Counted from the first letter of the whole stretch, positions 1 through 12,019 are shown. The stretch: 63,802 nt of DNA, filler included, from Octopus bimaculoides (GCF_001194135.2; 4 parts of 4 records of this genome joined end to end with filler, not necessarily neighbours in it), one strand, 5' to 3'. Numbers and translations: made by a program. The notes: generated from the letters alone by a model not told the origin.

Positions 1-168
1 ATTGGAGCAACGTGAAATGAAGTGGTTTGTGCAAGAAAATAACGCGCGACCCACGTGGCCTAGTGGTTCGGGTCATGCACACACGATCGCCAGATCGTGG
101 GTTTGGTTCCTCTAACGGGGTGCGCGTTGTTTTCTTGCACAAACCACTTCATTTCACGTTGCTCCAAT
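1..168. repeat. 47-bp inverted repeat (1-47 vs 122-168) flanking a SINE head
   Basis: Arms are reverse complements with one T/G mismatch (40/129). Confidence 0.95.
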
Positions 169-190
169 CCACTCAGCTGTAAATGAGAGG
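48..190 (+). mobile_element. tRNA-headed SINE (family B) 5' part
   Basis: A-box-like TGGCCTAGTGG at 56-66, degenerate B box, then body ...tttcacgttgctccaatccactcagctgtaaatgag shared with copies at 10683 and 57245. Confidence 0.75.
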
Positions 191-261
191 GAGGGAGGAA
201 GAGATAGCAGTCTTTCACATTTCGTGTCTTCCAATCACAAGAGAACTGAGGAACGATAACT

Positions 262-330
262 GACCGAGGTAGCACGCAATGGTATCGAATCCTGAACCAT
301 GTGGTTGCGTAGTGAGCTTATTAACCATAA
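262..330 (-). mobile_element. tRNA-headed SINE (family C) head fragment
   Basis: Reverse complement matches the ...caaccacatggttc.ggttc..tccca.tgcg head seen at 28563, 33660 and 48815. Confidence 0.55.
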
Positions 331-880
331 AACTGTGTCTACGTCAACGTATGCAAATTGAACTAAGAACTTCTACATTATTTAATCGAGCTAAGAAAGA
401 TACGTTGCGAAGTTGACTTCAGCAAGATTTGAACTCAGAACGTAAAGGACCGTAACTAATGATATGTTTTTTGTTTTATATAAAAGTCAACAATTAAGAG
501 TTTCCCATATAATATAACTGAAGAATTGTCTGTCTTTTTTTTTCTGTATTATTAATTTGTTTGTCTTTCTAAATACTTTTATTGTTCTGTGAGAAACTAA
601 ACACCAAGTGGATCGTGTATTTGGCGTGGGAAATTTTTGAAAAGAGAAAAGGAAGGAGTGGATGCCTTAGTTGCGGCCCCTCCGTTTATAGAATGATGGA
701 AATGTCAAAACAAAGAAAGGGCTAATAGCAAGGTCGAATACTTATTTTACAGCATTTAATTCTTGTCTGCATTTAGCAGCAGTCTTGCTAATGAGGTATG
801 CTGTAATCGTCTATTTATAACTATATATGTGTATGTGAGGATAAATACACTCTCACACATATCCATATTTATCTATGTAC

Positions 881-930
<50 letters not shown>

Positions 931-1434
931 AAGAGAGAGAGAGAGAGACCATGATTTGGTTTGATTGTATATAGCATACATTCGCTAATTGCTTTAAGTG
1001 CGTATGTAGACCTGAGTAGACACAGACTCCCCTTGACCTAGCGGNNNNNNNNNNNNNNNNNNNNNNNNNNNNNNNNNNNNNNNNNNNNNNNNNNNNNNNN
1101 NNNNNNNNNNNNNNNNNNNNNNNNNNNNNNNNNNNNNNNNNNNNNNNNNNNNNNNNNNNNNNNNNNNNNNNNNNNNNNNNNNNNNNNNNNNNNNNNNNNN
1201 NNNNNNNNNNNNNNNNNNNNNNNNNNNNNNNNNNNNNNNNNNNNNNNNNNNNNNNNNNNNNNNNNNNNNNNNNNNNNNNNNNNNNNNNNNNNNNNNNNNN
1301 NNNNNNNNNNNNNNNNNNNNNNNNNNNNNNNNNNNNNNNNNNNNNNNNNNNNNNNNNNNNNNNNNNNNNNNNNNNNNNNNNNNNNNNNACCTTCGCACAT
1401 ACATGCACCCTTACTCACTCAGTCTCTCTCTCTA

Positions 1435-1492
<58 letters not shown>

Positions 1493-1524
1493 ACTCACTC
1501 ACTCACAGACGCACAGACACAAAC

Positions 1525-1578
<54 letters not shown>

Positions 1579-2198
1579 CTACATATATGTCCTTCGGTAA
1601 ATCTCTCATGAATGCCTTCTGCTTAAAGAATGTATAGCTAAGCGCAGACTAACTTCTTTAATGTCGTGAGCAATTTTAATCAATTATATGAACAGAATGC
1701 ATTAACATTGTTTCAGATAGATAAGCCAAGACAGAGATATGTGTCTACACAGACACACATAGTTGTTGATGGTGTAGTTGTTGTTGCTACTGATGTTGTA
1801 GTCATCGTTGTCGTTGTCATCGCTCAAGTCAACTCAGTAACGTAAAACAAATAATAATAATCATTAGTGTTAATGATAATGCTTCTCAACGCGAAAATTC
1901 ATGACAACTCCGCAATTAGTATCGATTAGAATTCGAAAGGGGTGGGTCAAGGAATAGCGAGTGAATCTGAATAATTGAGATATACGTCATTCATTACTGA
2001 GGTGCACGTGGACACTCAGTTCCTTTCTGGCGAAAACTCATCTGAATTATCTGACAAGAATTGTTGGGTCTTTACTGAAAAGTTTGTTTTCATGTCAGTG
2101 TAGTAGTGATGTTGTTCTTGCTACTACTACTATTACTACTACTACTATTACTACTACTACTACTACTACTACTAATAATAATAATAATAATAATAATT

Positions 2199-2243
<45 letters not shown>

Positions 2244-2246
<3 letters not shown>

Positions 2247-2411
2247 TAGTTTTATGTTTATAACGTGCTTTCACTTCACTACCGAGCGCAGCTCTGTGTG
2301 CCTTGGGTATGTGCTGTGGTTTGCTGTGATGCTCTTATGGTTGCTGTATTGAAAGTGTTTTGCGTAGGATGTGTGCAGTGCCCAGTAGTGCAACTTTCTG
2401 TATGTTATATC
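2244..2411 (-). mobile_element. 5'-truncated R4/Dong-like non-LTR retrotransposon 3' end in (TAA)n
   Basis: Minus strand encodes ..KVALLGTAHILRKTLSIQ* plus a 3' UTR nearly identical to 34266-34416; (TTA)n on both sides. Confidence 0.8.
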
Positions 2412-3031
2412 ATTATTATTATTATTATTATTANNNNNNNNNNNNNNNNNNNNNNNNNNNNNNNNNNNNNNNNNNNNNNNNNNNNNNNNNNNNNNNNNNN
2501 NNNNNNNNNNNNNNNNNNNNNNNNNNNNNNNNNNNNNNNNNNNNNNNNNNNNNNNNNNNNNNNNNNNNNNNNNNNNNNNNNNNNNNNNNNNNNNNNNNNN
2601 NNNNNNNNNNNNNNNNNNNNNNNNNNNNNNNNNNNNNNNNNNNNNNNNNNNNNNNNNNNNNNNNNNNNNNNNNNNNNNNNNNNNNNNNNNNNNNNNNNNN
2701 NNNNNNNNNNNNNNNNNNNNNNNNNNNNNNNNNNNNNNNNNNNNNNNNNNNNNNNNNNNNNNNNNNNNNNNNNNNNNNNNNNNNNNNNNNNNNNNNNNNN
2801 NNNNNNNNNNNNNNNNNNNNNNNNNNNNNNNNNNNNNNNNNNNNNNNNNNNNNNNNNNNNNNNNNNNNNNNNNNNNNNNNNNNNNNNNNNNNNNNACAAC
2901 TGACAAGCAAATCTGTAGTATTAAGCAGAATATTTGCTGTAGCCCATCTTTTTATACCAAGACAAAACAATGTAGATGATAACACTTCCAATCAATTAAG
3001 ATTAGAAGCCATGAGAGCCACTGCTTGGTAC

Positions 3032-3090
<59 letters not shown>

Positions 3091-3159
3091 TTGCTGCGGA
3101 ACACAGTTGTGAATAGAAACACCAGGAATCTGTTACTGACTTCTTTTTTTTTGTGTGTA

Positions 3160-4121
3160 GCCCCCAGAGGGGTGATTTTCGACCCACCAAGTAATTTTGG
3201 TGAGCATTAAACAAAACAATATGGTAATGGATGAAGATTTCCCTCCCCTTCCCTCCGTTACAGGCAACATTACAGGGAAAGGGGAGGAGGAGAAAAACAA
3301 GACTGTCATGGTACAAAGTCCAACTAACAGTAACAACAATAATAACAGAAACACTAACAGCGGTAGAAATGATAACAGCAGCAGCAGCAGCAGCAGCAAC
3401 AACAGTGACAGCAGCTGCAGTAGTAGTAGTAGTGATAGCAACAACAACAACGAAAGCAAAAGTGACGACAGCAACAACAAAACCAATACCAACAACATCG
3501 ATAAGAATAACAACAACAACAACGGCAGCAGCAGCAGCAACAGTTATAACAACAAAACCAACAACGAGAACAATACCAATAACAATAACAAAAACACGCT
3601 TGCAGCAGCAGCAAGGAACAAACAACACTTTACCGTAGACTTCACAAATAGGGAGCAGATGCTATCACAGGCATGGAAACTAATAAAACAAGAGAAGACC
3701 TGGGCCAACCTGACTATCCCATCAGAGGCAAATTGAAGCAGACACGGTGCTTTTCAGATACATCTCAGCATACACGAAAAGAACGGTTTTAATAGCCCAA
3801 GTAGATATTGAGGCGGCGCTGAGGTGCATCAGAAATGACAACGAATGCATATCGAGGGGCAAACAATACGGCACCATTTCGGCGCTGTTTAAGTCAGAAG
3901 CCCTAGGTATGAAACATTCAATAGTCCCCTGCAAAACCAGCAAAGTCATCATATAACCCTCCTACATGTAGAAACGTACAGCTCGTGTCCGCATTCCTAG
4001 AAACCTACCAGGACTAGATATTTGGTGGCTTCTAGGATGCGTAATCGTAGAGGTGACGGATACTGTCCCGACAGAGGCGACAAGAACTGCCAGAGAAGAC
4101 TGGTCCGGGGTTGACCTGGAG
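3160..4121 (+). pseudogene. Tx1/L1-like LINE 5' end and frameshifted ORF1 with N/S/T-rich low-complexity N-terminus
   Basis: ORF 3197-3736 and following frames (..KRTARVRIPRNLPGLDIWWLLGCVI..TRTAREDWSGVDLE) resemble Tx1-type ORF1; directly abuts Tx1 ORF2. Family assignment from recall. Confidence 0.6.
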
Positions 4122-6300
4122 AGTAACCATCCTGCTCGTTACCTCGTCCCAGTTTTTGTCCATCTGGATGTCTGGACTGAACCACACCCCGAGCAATTTA
4201 ACCGATCCGTCCGTCCAGCGCCCAACAACGCAGTTGGACAGCATGGACTTGCTTCTCCAGGCGCTGAGCCGCAAGCTCACTCATTTTTCCTGGTTAATCG
4301 TCGCTCCTGAAACCGCCTCGTAGTCCTTCATAGCGGGGCCTATCGTTTCTATGTGTTTATAATCCGACACCATTACGGTGACGTCGTCAGCATACACCGA
4401 CACCTATCTTCCACATCCTAGGTCATGCTGGATGCCTCTCAACGCCTCCAATTTGTGTAGTAGTGGATAGAAAGTCAGTGCATAAAAGAGAGACGAGAGA
4501 GGGCAACCTTGCCAGACTGAGCGCATGATGTTCAACGGTTGAGAAGTGATCGTTCACTTTGACCACTTTACAGATGTGATTGTGCACTTCAGCGATCCAG
4601 CCCCTGAATGCAGGCCCGAAACCAGCTGCCAGGTATAGATGGTCGACTCTACATAAAGTTTTAGACGATCTAAATTGATCAGGGCCTCACCCGTGCCAGG
4701 TTCTTTAGCCATTTTTTCAATGATGTATCGCATGAAGTGGAAGTTGTCGTGGATGAATCTGTTCGGGATGGCACGTGTCCGTGCTTGCCCTATCAGATCC
4801 CCGACAACAAGCGCCAACCTCGTAGCTAACACCTTGGCCAAAATTTTGAACTGTGCATTCAGCAGAATTATGGGCCTAAAGTTGTCAATACAATCCCCCT
4901 TGTTCGGCTCTTTTTTTCAGCAACGCCATCGCTCCTCGGACCACAAAACTGGGAATTCTCCCATTCTGTNNNNNNNNNNNNNNNNNNNNNNNNNNNNNNN
5001 NNNNNNNNNNNNNNNNNNNNNNNNNNNNNNNNNNNNNNNNNNNNNNNNNNNNNNNGGACAGACCTTCTAAACCAGGCGATTTATCCATCGTGCTGCTAGC
5101 TATTGCTTCTCGTATTTTAAATGCTATTATCAGCCATTCGCAGCGCTTCGCCTCCGTCGCCGAGAGCCGCAACAGTCCGTCGAGGTAAGACGTGAAATTC
5201 TTCCTGTAACCCGGCTCACCGCTGCTCCCGATCAGTTGAGCGAAGCGCCGCTGAAAGGCCGCACACATCTGTCTCGGATCAGTAATCACTGCCTGTCGTT
5301 ATCCGGCAAGGATCGGATCGTGGATTTATTTCCACGCCGTGCCTCTGCCACTCCAGTCCATTGAACGGCTTTCGTCCTTTCGTGTCTAATTGCTCGTGTC
5401 TTAGGTCTGACAACGGAACCTTCGCGTTTCACGTTGAAGAATTGGCCGAGTGCCAATCTCGCTGCGACCACATCGGTTGGGATGCCTTTTCTAAAAGCCT
5501 CGCCTAACTTTTTAACTAGCCCTGCCTCTACTTTCTTTCTTTCTACTGCTAGTCCTTTGCTAAACCTTATGATTCTATTCTGATCGCTCTTTTCAGGGCG
5601 AACCACCATTTGTTGTTGATTATTGCCCCTGTCAACGCCCTCTTAACTAGTTCACTAATCCGATCACTGAAATATTTACGCGCCGGCAACGACGTGTTCA
5701 GCTTCCAGTAACCAAGTCCCTGTCTATGAAACCTATCTAAGTCGATTGTACAGATAACGGATTTGTTGTCTGTATAGTCGACTACTTTAAACTGTAGACA
5801 ACCTATACTATCCTTACCTACTACAGAATACCCTATCCAGATACCGATGTGGATAACCCGATACGGTTTGACCAGGTCCACACTGGCACATCTGGGAAAT
5901 GCAGTCGATACCTGTCAGACAGGTAGAATCGTCTGAGCAGGTTTGCAAGGCTTTTGCACCCTCTTCTCCTATTTGCTAAACCTACACAGTCCCACATTAA
6001 ATCTAAAACTCCATTCCAATCCCCCACTAACACTAAAGAGCGGGACATTTCCAGGAAGGCTTCCAGACATCTGAAGAAATCTGGTCGTCCTCCCACTATC
6101 GGGACTTGGCAACCTGCCTGAAAGTGTGTCCTTCACAGCCTGTCACGTACAAGACCACCGACTTACCTTCCAGATCCAGGAAGGTCGTCCTTATTGCAAT
6201 ATCCAGATTTTTCCGAACCATCTCGGTGACTCCGCCTCCCGCTCCCGGATGACTTGGAGATGAGTGCACCTCATAGGCACCGAAAATGCGTCGGAAATCC
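4119..6300 (-). pseudogene. Tx1/L1-like ORF2 (APE endonuclease + RT), inverted relative to ORF1, disrupted
   Basis: EN motifs GGGVTEMVRK and LVGDWNGVLD; RT motifs KSPGLEGL, KILAKVLATRL, DNFHFMRYII, ALINLD; thumb VKLLGVWF..KNWDEVTSR; many stops and frameshifts. Confidence 0.9.
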
Positions 6301-6321
6301 TTAATAATAATAATAATAATA

Positions 6322-6535
6322 ATGGTTTCAAATTTTACCACAAGGGCAGTAACTTTGGGGGAGGGAACGAGTCGATTACATCGACCCCAGTGTTTAAATA
6401 GTACTTATTTTATCGACCCCAAAAAGATGAAAGGTAAAGTCGACCTCGGAAGAATTTGAACTCAGACCGCAGCGACGGGCAAAATATCGCTACGCATTTC
6501 GTCCAGCTTGCTAACGATTCGGCAATCTCGCTGCT
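6322..6535 (-). mobile_element. SINE family A with (TTA)n tail
   Basis: Diagnostic gaggtcgacttt.cctttcatc..ttggggtcgataaaataagtac core, B box GAGTTCAAATT, head hairpin. Confidence 0.85.
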
Positions 6536-6547
6536 TTGATTAATATC

Positions 6548-6762
6548 GATTTCAATTTTTAACACAAGGCCAGCAGCTTCAGGGAAGGGGACAAATCGAT
6601 TACATCGAACCCAGTGCTCAACTGGTACTTATCTTATTGACCCCGAAAGGATGTAGGGCAAAGTCAACTTCGGCGGAATTTGAACTCAGGCCGTGAAGAT
6701 TGAATGAAATGCCACTAAACATTTTGCCCGGCGTGCTAACGATTCTGCCAGCTCGCAGCCTT
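6548..6762 (-). mobile_element. SINE family A, near full length
   Basis: Head ggc.gcgagctggcagaatcgttagcacgccggg, B box, core and tail present. Confidence 0.9.
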
Positions 6763-6935
6763 ATGTCTGACTAATATTGTTGTTATTTTTACCTTACCGT
6801 ATAATTATTTCTGGTTAACTGTTGTTTTTAAGAGCCCTGTAAGGAAATGTATTAACACTAGTTTAACGGCAATGCTATATGTAGTCCTACATTGAAATAC
6901 GTTAATAACATGACTGTTATATTATAATATCGTCC

Positions 6936-7094
6936 CTCGTCTGTCTTTACGTTCTGAATTCAAATTCCGCCGAGGTCGACTTTGCCTTTCATCCTTTCAG
7001 GGTTGATAAATTAAGTACCAGTTTCATACTGGGTCTATCTAATCGACTGGCCCCCTCTCCTAAAATTTTGGGCCTTATGCCTAGAGTATAAAAG
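6936..7094 (+). mobile_element. Headless SINE family A copy with 15-bp TSD
   Basis: TSD ATTATAATATCGTCC at 6921-6935 and 7095-7109; starts at tcgtctgtctttacg. Confidence 0.9.
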
Positions 7095-7534
7095 ATTATA
7101 ATATCGTCCTGCAATAAAATATGTTAACATTAGTTTATTGTCACATAGTCTGAAACTTTAGTATCTAAGCCATCTGTAGCGTTTGATAAATGAGAAAAAG
7201 ATTTTTTAAATGATTGATTAGTTGTGAGATGGCCGTCAACCGTGTGTTATTTATAGGTGATAAAATAAAATAAAACTGTGTGCAACAGATAGTGACTCTA
7301 GACAAAGGAGACTTCGTTGAATATCGAACAACTTCAAGCATGCGGTGTAGAAAGTCTTGCACTGATAACCCTTGCCCTTCATTTGGGAGCTGGAGGACAC
7401 GGAGGAGTTTTTGATAACACTGTGTAACATGATTATTGTCCTTAGGTAGCAACTGTTATTTCCTATTTGCTTACCCCTAGAAATTATGTAAAATAGCTAA
7501 TATTTCCTTCAAATTTTGCTTTTGTTACATTTAT

Positions 7535-7706
7535 TCAAACTTCAAAGAATCCCTCTCAACACATGGCTATGATGCTCCCCCACCACTCTTGCTCATGGTC
7601 AGAGATACACATGTTGTCAGCCACTGAGGGATATGCTCAAGTAACTGACAAGCAAATATGTGGTATTGAGTAGAATATTTGCTATGGCGTTATTCTGTTT
7701 CAGCAA
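7535..7706. repeat. Dispersed repeat (SINE-like family E); related fragment at ~2897-2945
   Basis: aactgacaagcaaat.tgt.gtatt.ag.agaatatttgct shared between the two loci. Confidence 0.6.
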
Positions 7707-8129
7707 CTCAGCGCTGAATCTATTTGAAATGTAAATGCAATGGGCTCAGAATGGATGTAAAGAACATTTAATATCCCACAAGGTGCCTCTAAATTACAAG
7801 AAACGTATGAATTATAAAGGACGCAAAAACGGCAGTAACATCAAACTTCCCCATATAAATAAGCTTAAGAACAAGATACCCTGGGGTTTCCACCTAAATC
7901 ATCCATAGGTTGCTGTGTCAGCAATGTGCCTCTACATAATCACATAGTATGTTAGAAATAACAGCCAAGTTTCCCTCACATCACGCCTTCCGTTTTACAA
8001 AAAGAAGTACTCATTTGGATAAAATATGTCAGTGTGGTCCTTGTTGAAACGTCTTTGATCACGGGTTTGCATGATCAGAGTAGAACTTTAACTAAACATC
8101 AACAATAACAACAACAGCAATAACAACAG

Positions 8130-8490
8130 AGCGAGTAAGAGACCTGGTATTGTTGTAAAGAACTCAGTACCAAGAGAAATTAGATCAGTGATGAACTGGT
8201 GACACTTGAATAGGGATTAAAGATCAATGGATGAAAGGTGACAGAAGTGTCTGTAAGGCTCATGAAGAAAATATTATAAATGTGTGGTTATTGTAACAAT
8301 AATGAATGAGTTTCTCATAAACTTGAAGAAAACAAGGAACATAACTGGAGTAGAATAGAGTTGCCAATCTCATTTAGAGATGCGCTGAGGTGTTCCTGAA
8401 AAGGGAATTTGAGTATTGAAGTCGCTTCAGTGCTTTTCAGGCCACCAGTGCTTTTCAGGCCACCAGTGCTTTTCAGGCCACCAGTGCTTC
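8130..8490 (+). mobile_element. Very degenerate R4/Dong-like RLE-domain fragment ending in an 18-bp tandem triplication (8428-8489)
   Basis: ASKRPGIVVKN resembles the RPD-IVV motif; unit CAGTGCTTTTCAGGCCAC x3.4. Confidence 0.35.
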
Positions 8491-9077
8491 TACTACTCTT
8501 GAGAAATAGCAGAAAAGGTATGATGAAACTTTGTTGGTGTGAGATGTGTGGGTGTACGACAGGGGCCCTGTTTGCCTATATGGTGAATCAGACCTGCATA
8601 ACTCAACAGTTTAAATGGTGATGATGATCCCCGAAATAGATTAAAAAACGAATACTAGTCAGTCAGCGGAGCCTCACATCAGTTAGCCTGGTCGGTGCGC
8701 CGCAGAGTTGTCAAGGTAAGGGCCTTGAAACGGTGTGCGTTCTCACCTGATAATCCCTGAAACATATTGGTATCCGGTATGTGGAGATTTTGATTGATGC
8801 ACTTGCATAAGTAAGCTGTTTCCGAGTCCCTCCCGAAGACTTTTAGAAACAGAATATTAAGTAGTGTGTAAGGGACCTAAAATAAAGTGTGGAATCAGTG
8901 TTTCTCATAAAAAGGAGCAAGTTTCTTGTGGACTTGGGCCCGGGAAAATTGTGAAGAAAGCAGGTAAATTGACCTGCTTCATACAATTAAGATTGTTTCC
9001 AACTTTTAAACATGTCCAACACTATTTCGAAGTAAGAAGAATTTTATGGGTCTAAATTCTTCTTATAAATACATGGT

Positions 9078-9296
9078 AAATTGGCAGAAATGATTAGAAC
9101 GTTAGAAAAAACAGCATGCAATATCTCTTCCGGCTCTTTACGTTCTGAGTTCAAATCTTGCCGAGGTCTCTTTTGTCCCCCACCCCCGCCCTGGCTCCTG
9201 GGGTCAGTAAAATAAAGTACCAGCCAAATTCTGGGGTCGATGGTATCGACTAAACCTCCCACAAAATCGCTGGCCATATACCTAAATTAGAAACAC
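9078..9296 (+). mobile_element. SINE family A, diverged
   Basis: ctttacgttctgagttcaaat..gccgaggt, aaataaagtaccag..ctggggtcgat. Confidence 0.75.
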
Positions 9297-10149
9297 TTAA
9301 TAAAAAGGGGGAGGGGGCCAAAACAATTTAGTATTTTGTGAAAATATGGTATTTGACAGTTTAAGAATGATGGTGTTAAGTCGTTCTCGTCATCAGTTTT
9401 CTTTATTGTCTAGAAAACTTCTTCGATTTCTGACACCATGGGAACCATTTGTGGTGAGTTTCCGTAGTAGAGAAGAAAGAGTCGCCAGGTTCATACCCTA
9501 GAACTTAGTCTTCAAAATCTCTATATCCATGACATAACTGCACTGAGATGGAATGCCTTTCGGTTTACGTAGAGATGATGGTTCCACAGTCCGTCATGGT
9601 CTACCTCGAAGCCTTCACTCAGTGTGTGAAGAGACTGGTGACATGGGTACCGGTGGAATTTTGAATCTCGAGAGAGAATTTGAACTCAGAACGCAGAGAA
9701 CTGGAACAGACATCACGAAACATTTCGTCTGACACTCTAACAATTCTACCAATTCACCGATCTGCACTGGCATTTTAGTTTACAGAAGATGAAAAGCAAA
9801 GTTAACGTCGGCGGAATTTGAATTCAAAGTGAAGAGGGACGAAACAAATACCACAAGGCATTCTATCCAACACTTTAACAACAAAGCCAGTTTTTGTCAT
9901 GTACTTTTGCAAGTTCCTCCATTTCTCTCCGGGCAATATAAATATAGACATTTTAATCTAGCACAATTAGTATAAAAGGCCTTTTGATATGAAATTATAT
10001 GTCTGAATTCCCTTCTAAAGATAACACTGATCTTGCTGCTAAATCAGAATATATTCACAGTCACAATCGATCAACCGGGTGTATCTATGGGCAACACGAC
10101 AACCCTTCGACGTGAAAATTTTGAAGGAATGATGTTAAACTATACCAAA

Positions 10150-10420
10150 CACAGTATATGATAGCAATCTGGCTAAATTCGTCTGTCCAGACTGACAAGA
10201 CTTTAAGGCATATAATTATCAATGACAAGGACGAGAATCTTTCTACTCTGATAGACATATCGATCTTTTGTGACCAAAACATCGCTCCAGGGGAAATAGA
10301 GAAGCCGTCAAAATACAAAGACTTTGAAATGAAACAAGCAAGATGCGTGTTATGAAAATTGAGTTGTAGTAACAATTGGATCACGAGATACTATTACAAT
10401 CTTGAACAAAAACATATCAG
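10150..10420 (+). mobile_element. R4/Dong-like RLE endonuclease fragment
   Basis: VQTDK..IIINDKDE..TLIDISIFCDQNIAPGEIEKPSKYKDFE matches the PD..D/E-K..KY RLE pattern. Confidence 0.7.
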
Positions 10421-10682
10421 CCATGCAAAGGATCACAAATCTATACCCAAAAGAATAACCAGCTCTGTTATGCGCAAGTCACTTTTTATTCACTTGTACA
10501 ACTGACAGTGTACATACTTACATCACATACTTATCGCCCAGTAAAATAACACAGCACACATAACATATGCAATATACAATACATCAACCCCCCCCCCCCA
10601 GTAATATTCAATATTATCGTCACTTAATGATATAACACAAGAAGGCACAATAAATATTCAACAAAATCACCACCTAAATATG

Positions 10683-10995
10683 AAGGTGCGTGGTTTAATG
10701 GTTAGGGTATTCGGCTCCCGATCGTGAGGTCGTATGTTCGAAAACCGGAGGCGCCATGTGTCTTTGAGCAAGTCACAATATTTCTCGTTGCTCTCGTCCG
10801 TTCAGTTGGCAGAAATGAGTAGTAGCTGTAATTTAAAGGCATAGCTTTGTCATATTCTGTGACATGTTGAATCTCCCTGAGAAATACGTAAAGGATACGC
10901 GTGTTTGTGGAATGCTCAGCCACTTGCATGTTAACTTCACGAGCAAACTGTTCCTCTGTTGATTAGATCAGGTGGAACCCTTGTAACCAGTCACC
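10683..10995 (+). mobile_element. tRNA-headed SINE family B, full length
   Basis: A box TGGTTTAATGG, B-box-like GTTCGAAAACC, body shared with 31880-32060. Confidence 0.85.
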
Positions 10996-11155
10996 CACTT
11001 ATATAACACCAACCCATACATACTCTACAGAATCGCCAGCTGACACTAAAAAAAAGATATAATAGAACTTATACAACATATATGGCACACTAACACCCCC
11101 AACAAAGCAACACAGCACATGTTGCATCTAAACTATACAATAAATAGACAGAATA

Positions 11156-11350
11156 TTGATTTTAAATTTTGACACAAGGTCAGCAAGTTCGAGGAAGGGG
11201 ATTAATCGATTGCATCCACCCCAGTGCTCAACCGGTACTTATTTTATTGACTCCGAAGCACAAAGTCGATCTCGGCGGCATTTGAACTCAGAACTTAAAG
11301 ACGGACGAAATGTCGCTAAGCTTGCTAACGATCTTGATAACTTGCCGCCT
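11156..11350 (-). mobile_element. SINE family A
   Basis: Tail, core, B box and head end ggcggc recognisable. Confidence 0.85.
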
Positions 11351-12019
11351 TAAACAGATAGAATATTAAAATTACACTTGAAACAACAAGACAAAGCCCA
11401 GAATACTGAAAAACAGAAAAATATTTAGCCCTCGATCATTTCTACACACCCACCCAAAAACCATACTCTGTCCACATTAGGATTCTTTACATGTGTTTTA
11501 GTATCAGCATATCATCAGTTACGGCACTCTGAGACCATATTGGACGATGTATTGGTAGCAGATAGATCTTTTGACCAGTGGAAGCTATCAGTTTCACAGA
11601 AGGCGAAAGAGTACACACTCCTTCTGATCAATTGCTCATAGAAATCATTGTAGTAGAAGCACCGGCGAAAGTAGAAGTACTAAAGCGATTTCAATCCTAG
11701 CCTTCGTCATTTTACTTTTCATGAAGAATAGTTTCTTCTCAGCACATTTCAGACTGAAACTAGTAACCCTACTCACAATGTCTTCTTTTTACCCACCTAA
11801 CAGTCCGAACTGAACCGAACTCCAAGCAATTTAACCGGAACGTCGGTCCGGCGACATATTCCACAGAACTGCATGGACTGGACTCACCAGGTACCGAATC
11901 ACAATCCCCCCACCCACTTCAGCTTAATTAATGCGAGTTCATATTATCACTGAGTACTTCTCTGATAATTAACCGACCACCAAGATTTAAGATGTTCCAA
12001 CACAATGACGACGACTGTA

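Noticed and set aside
3130-3175. gtgtgtagcccccagagggg upstream of Tx1 ORF1 resembles the Tx1 3' end at 63155-63175, suggesting tandem insertion
   Set aside because: The match is short and imperfect and lacks AATAAA; not enough to claim.
8428-8489. 18-bp unit x3.4; also 12-bp (46710-46735), 15-bp (42112-42153) and ~28-bp (21991-22050) repeats as possible CRISPR-like arrays
   Set aside because: No spacers, eukaryotic context; simple local tandem duplications.
9555-9580. MPFGL motif suggestive of Gypsy RT
   Set aside because: Five residues only; flanking RT motifs absent.
10683-10760. tRNA-like A/B boxes here and in other SINE heads as tRNA genes
   Set aside because: No complete cloverleaf or anticodon arm, and each runs into a SINE body.
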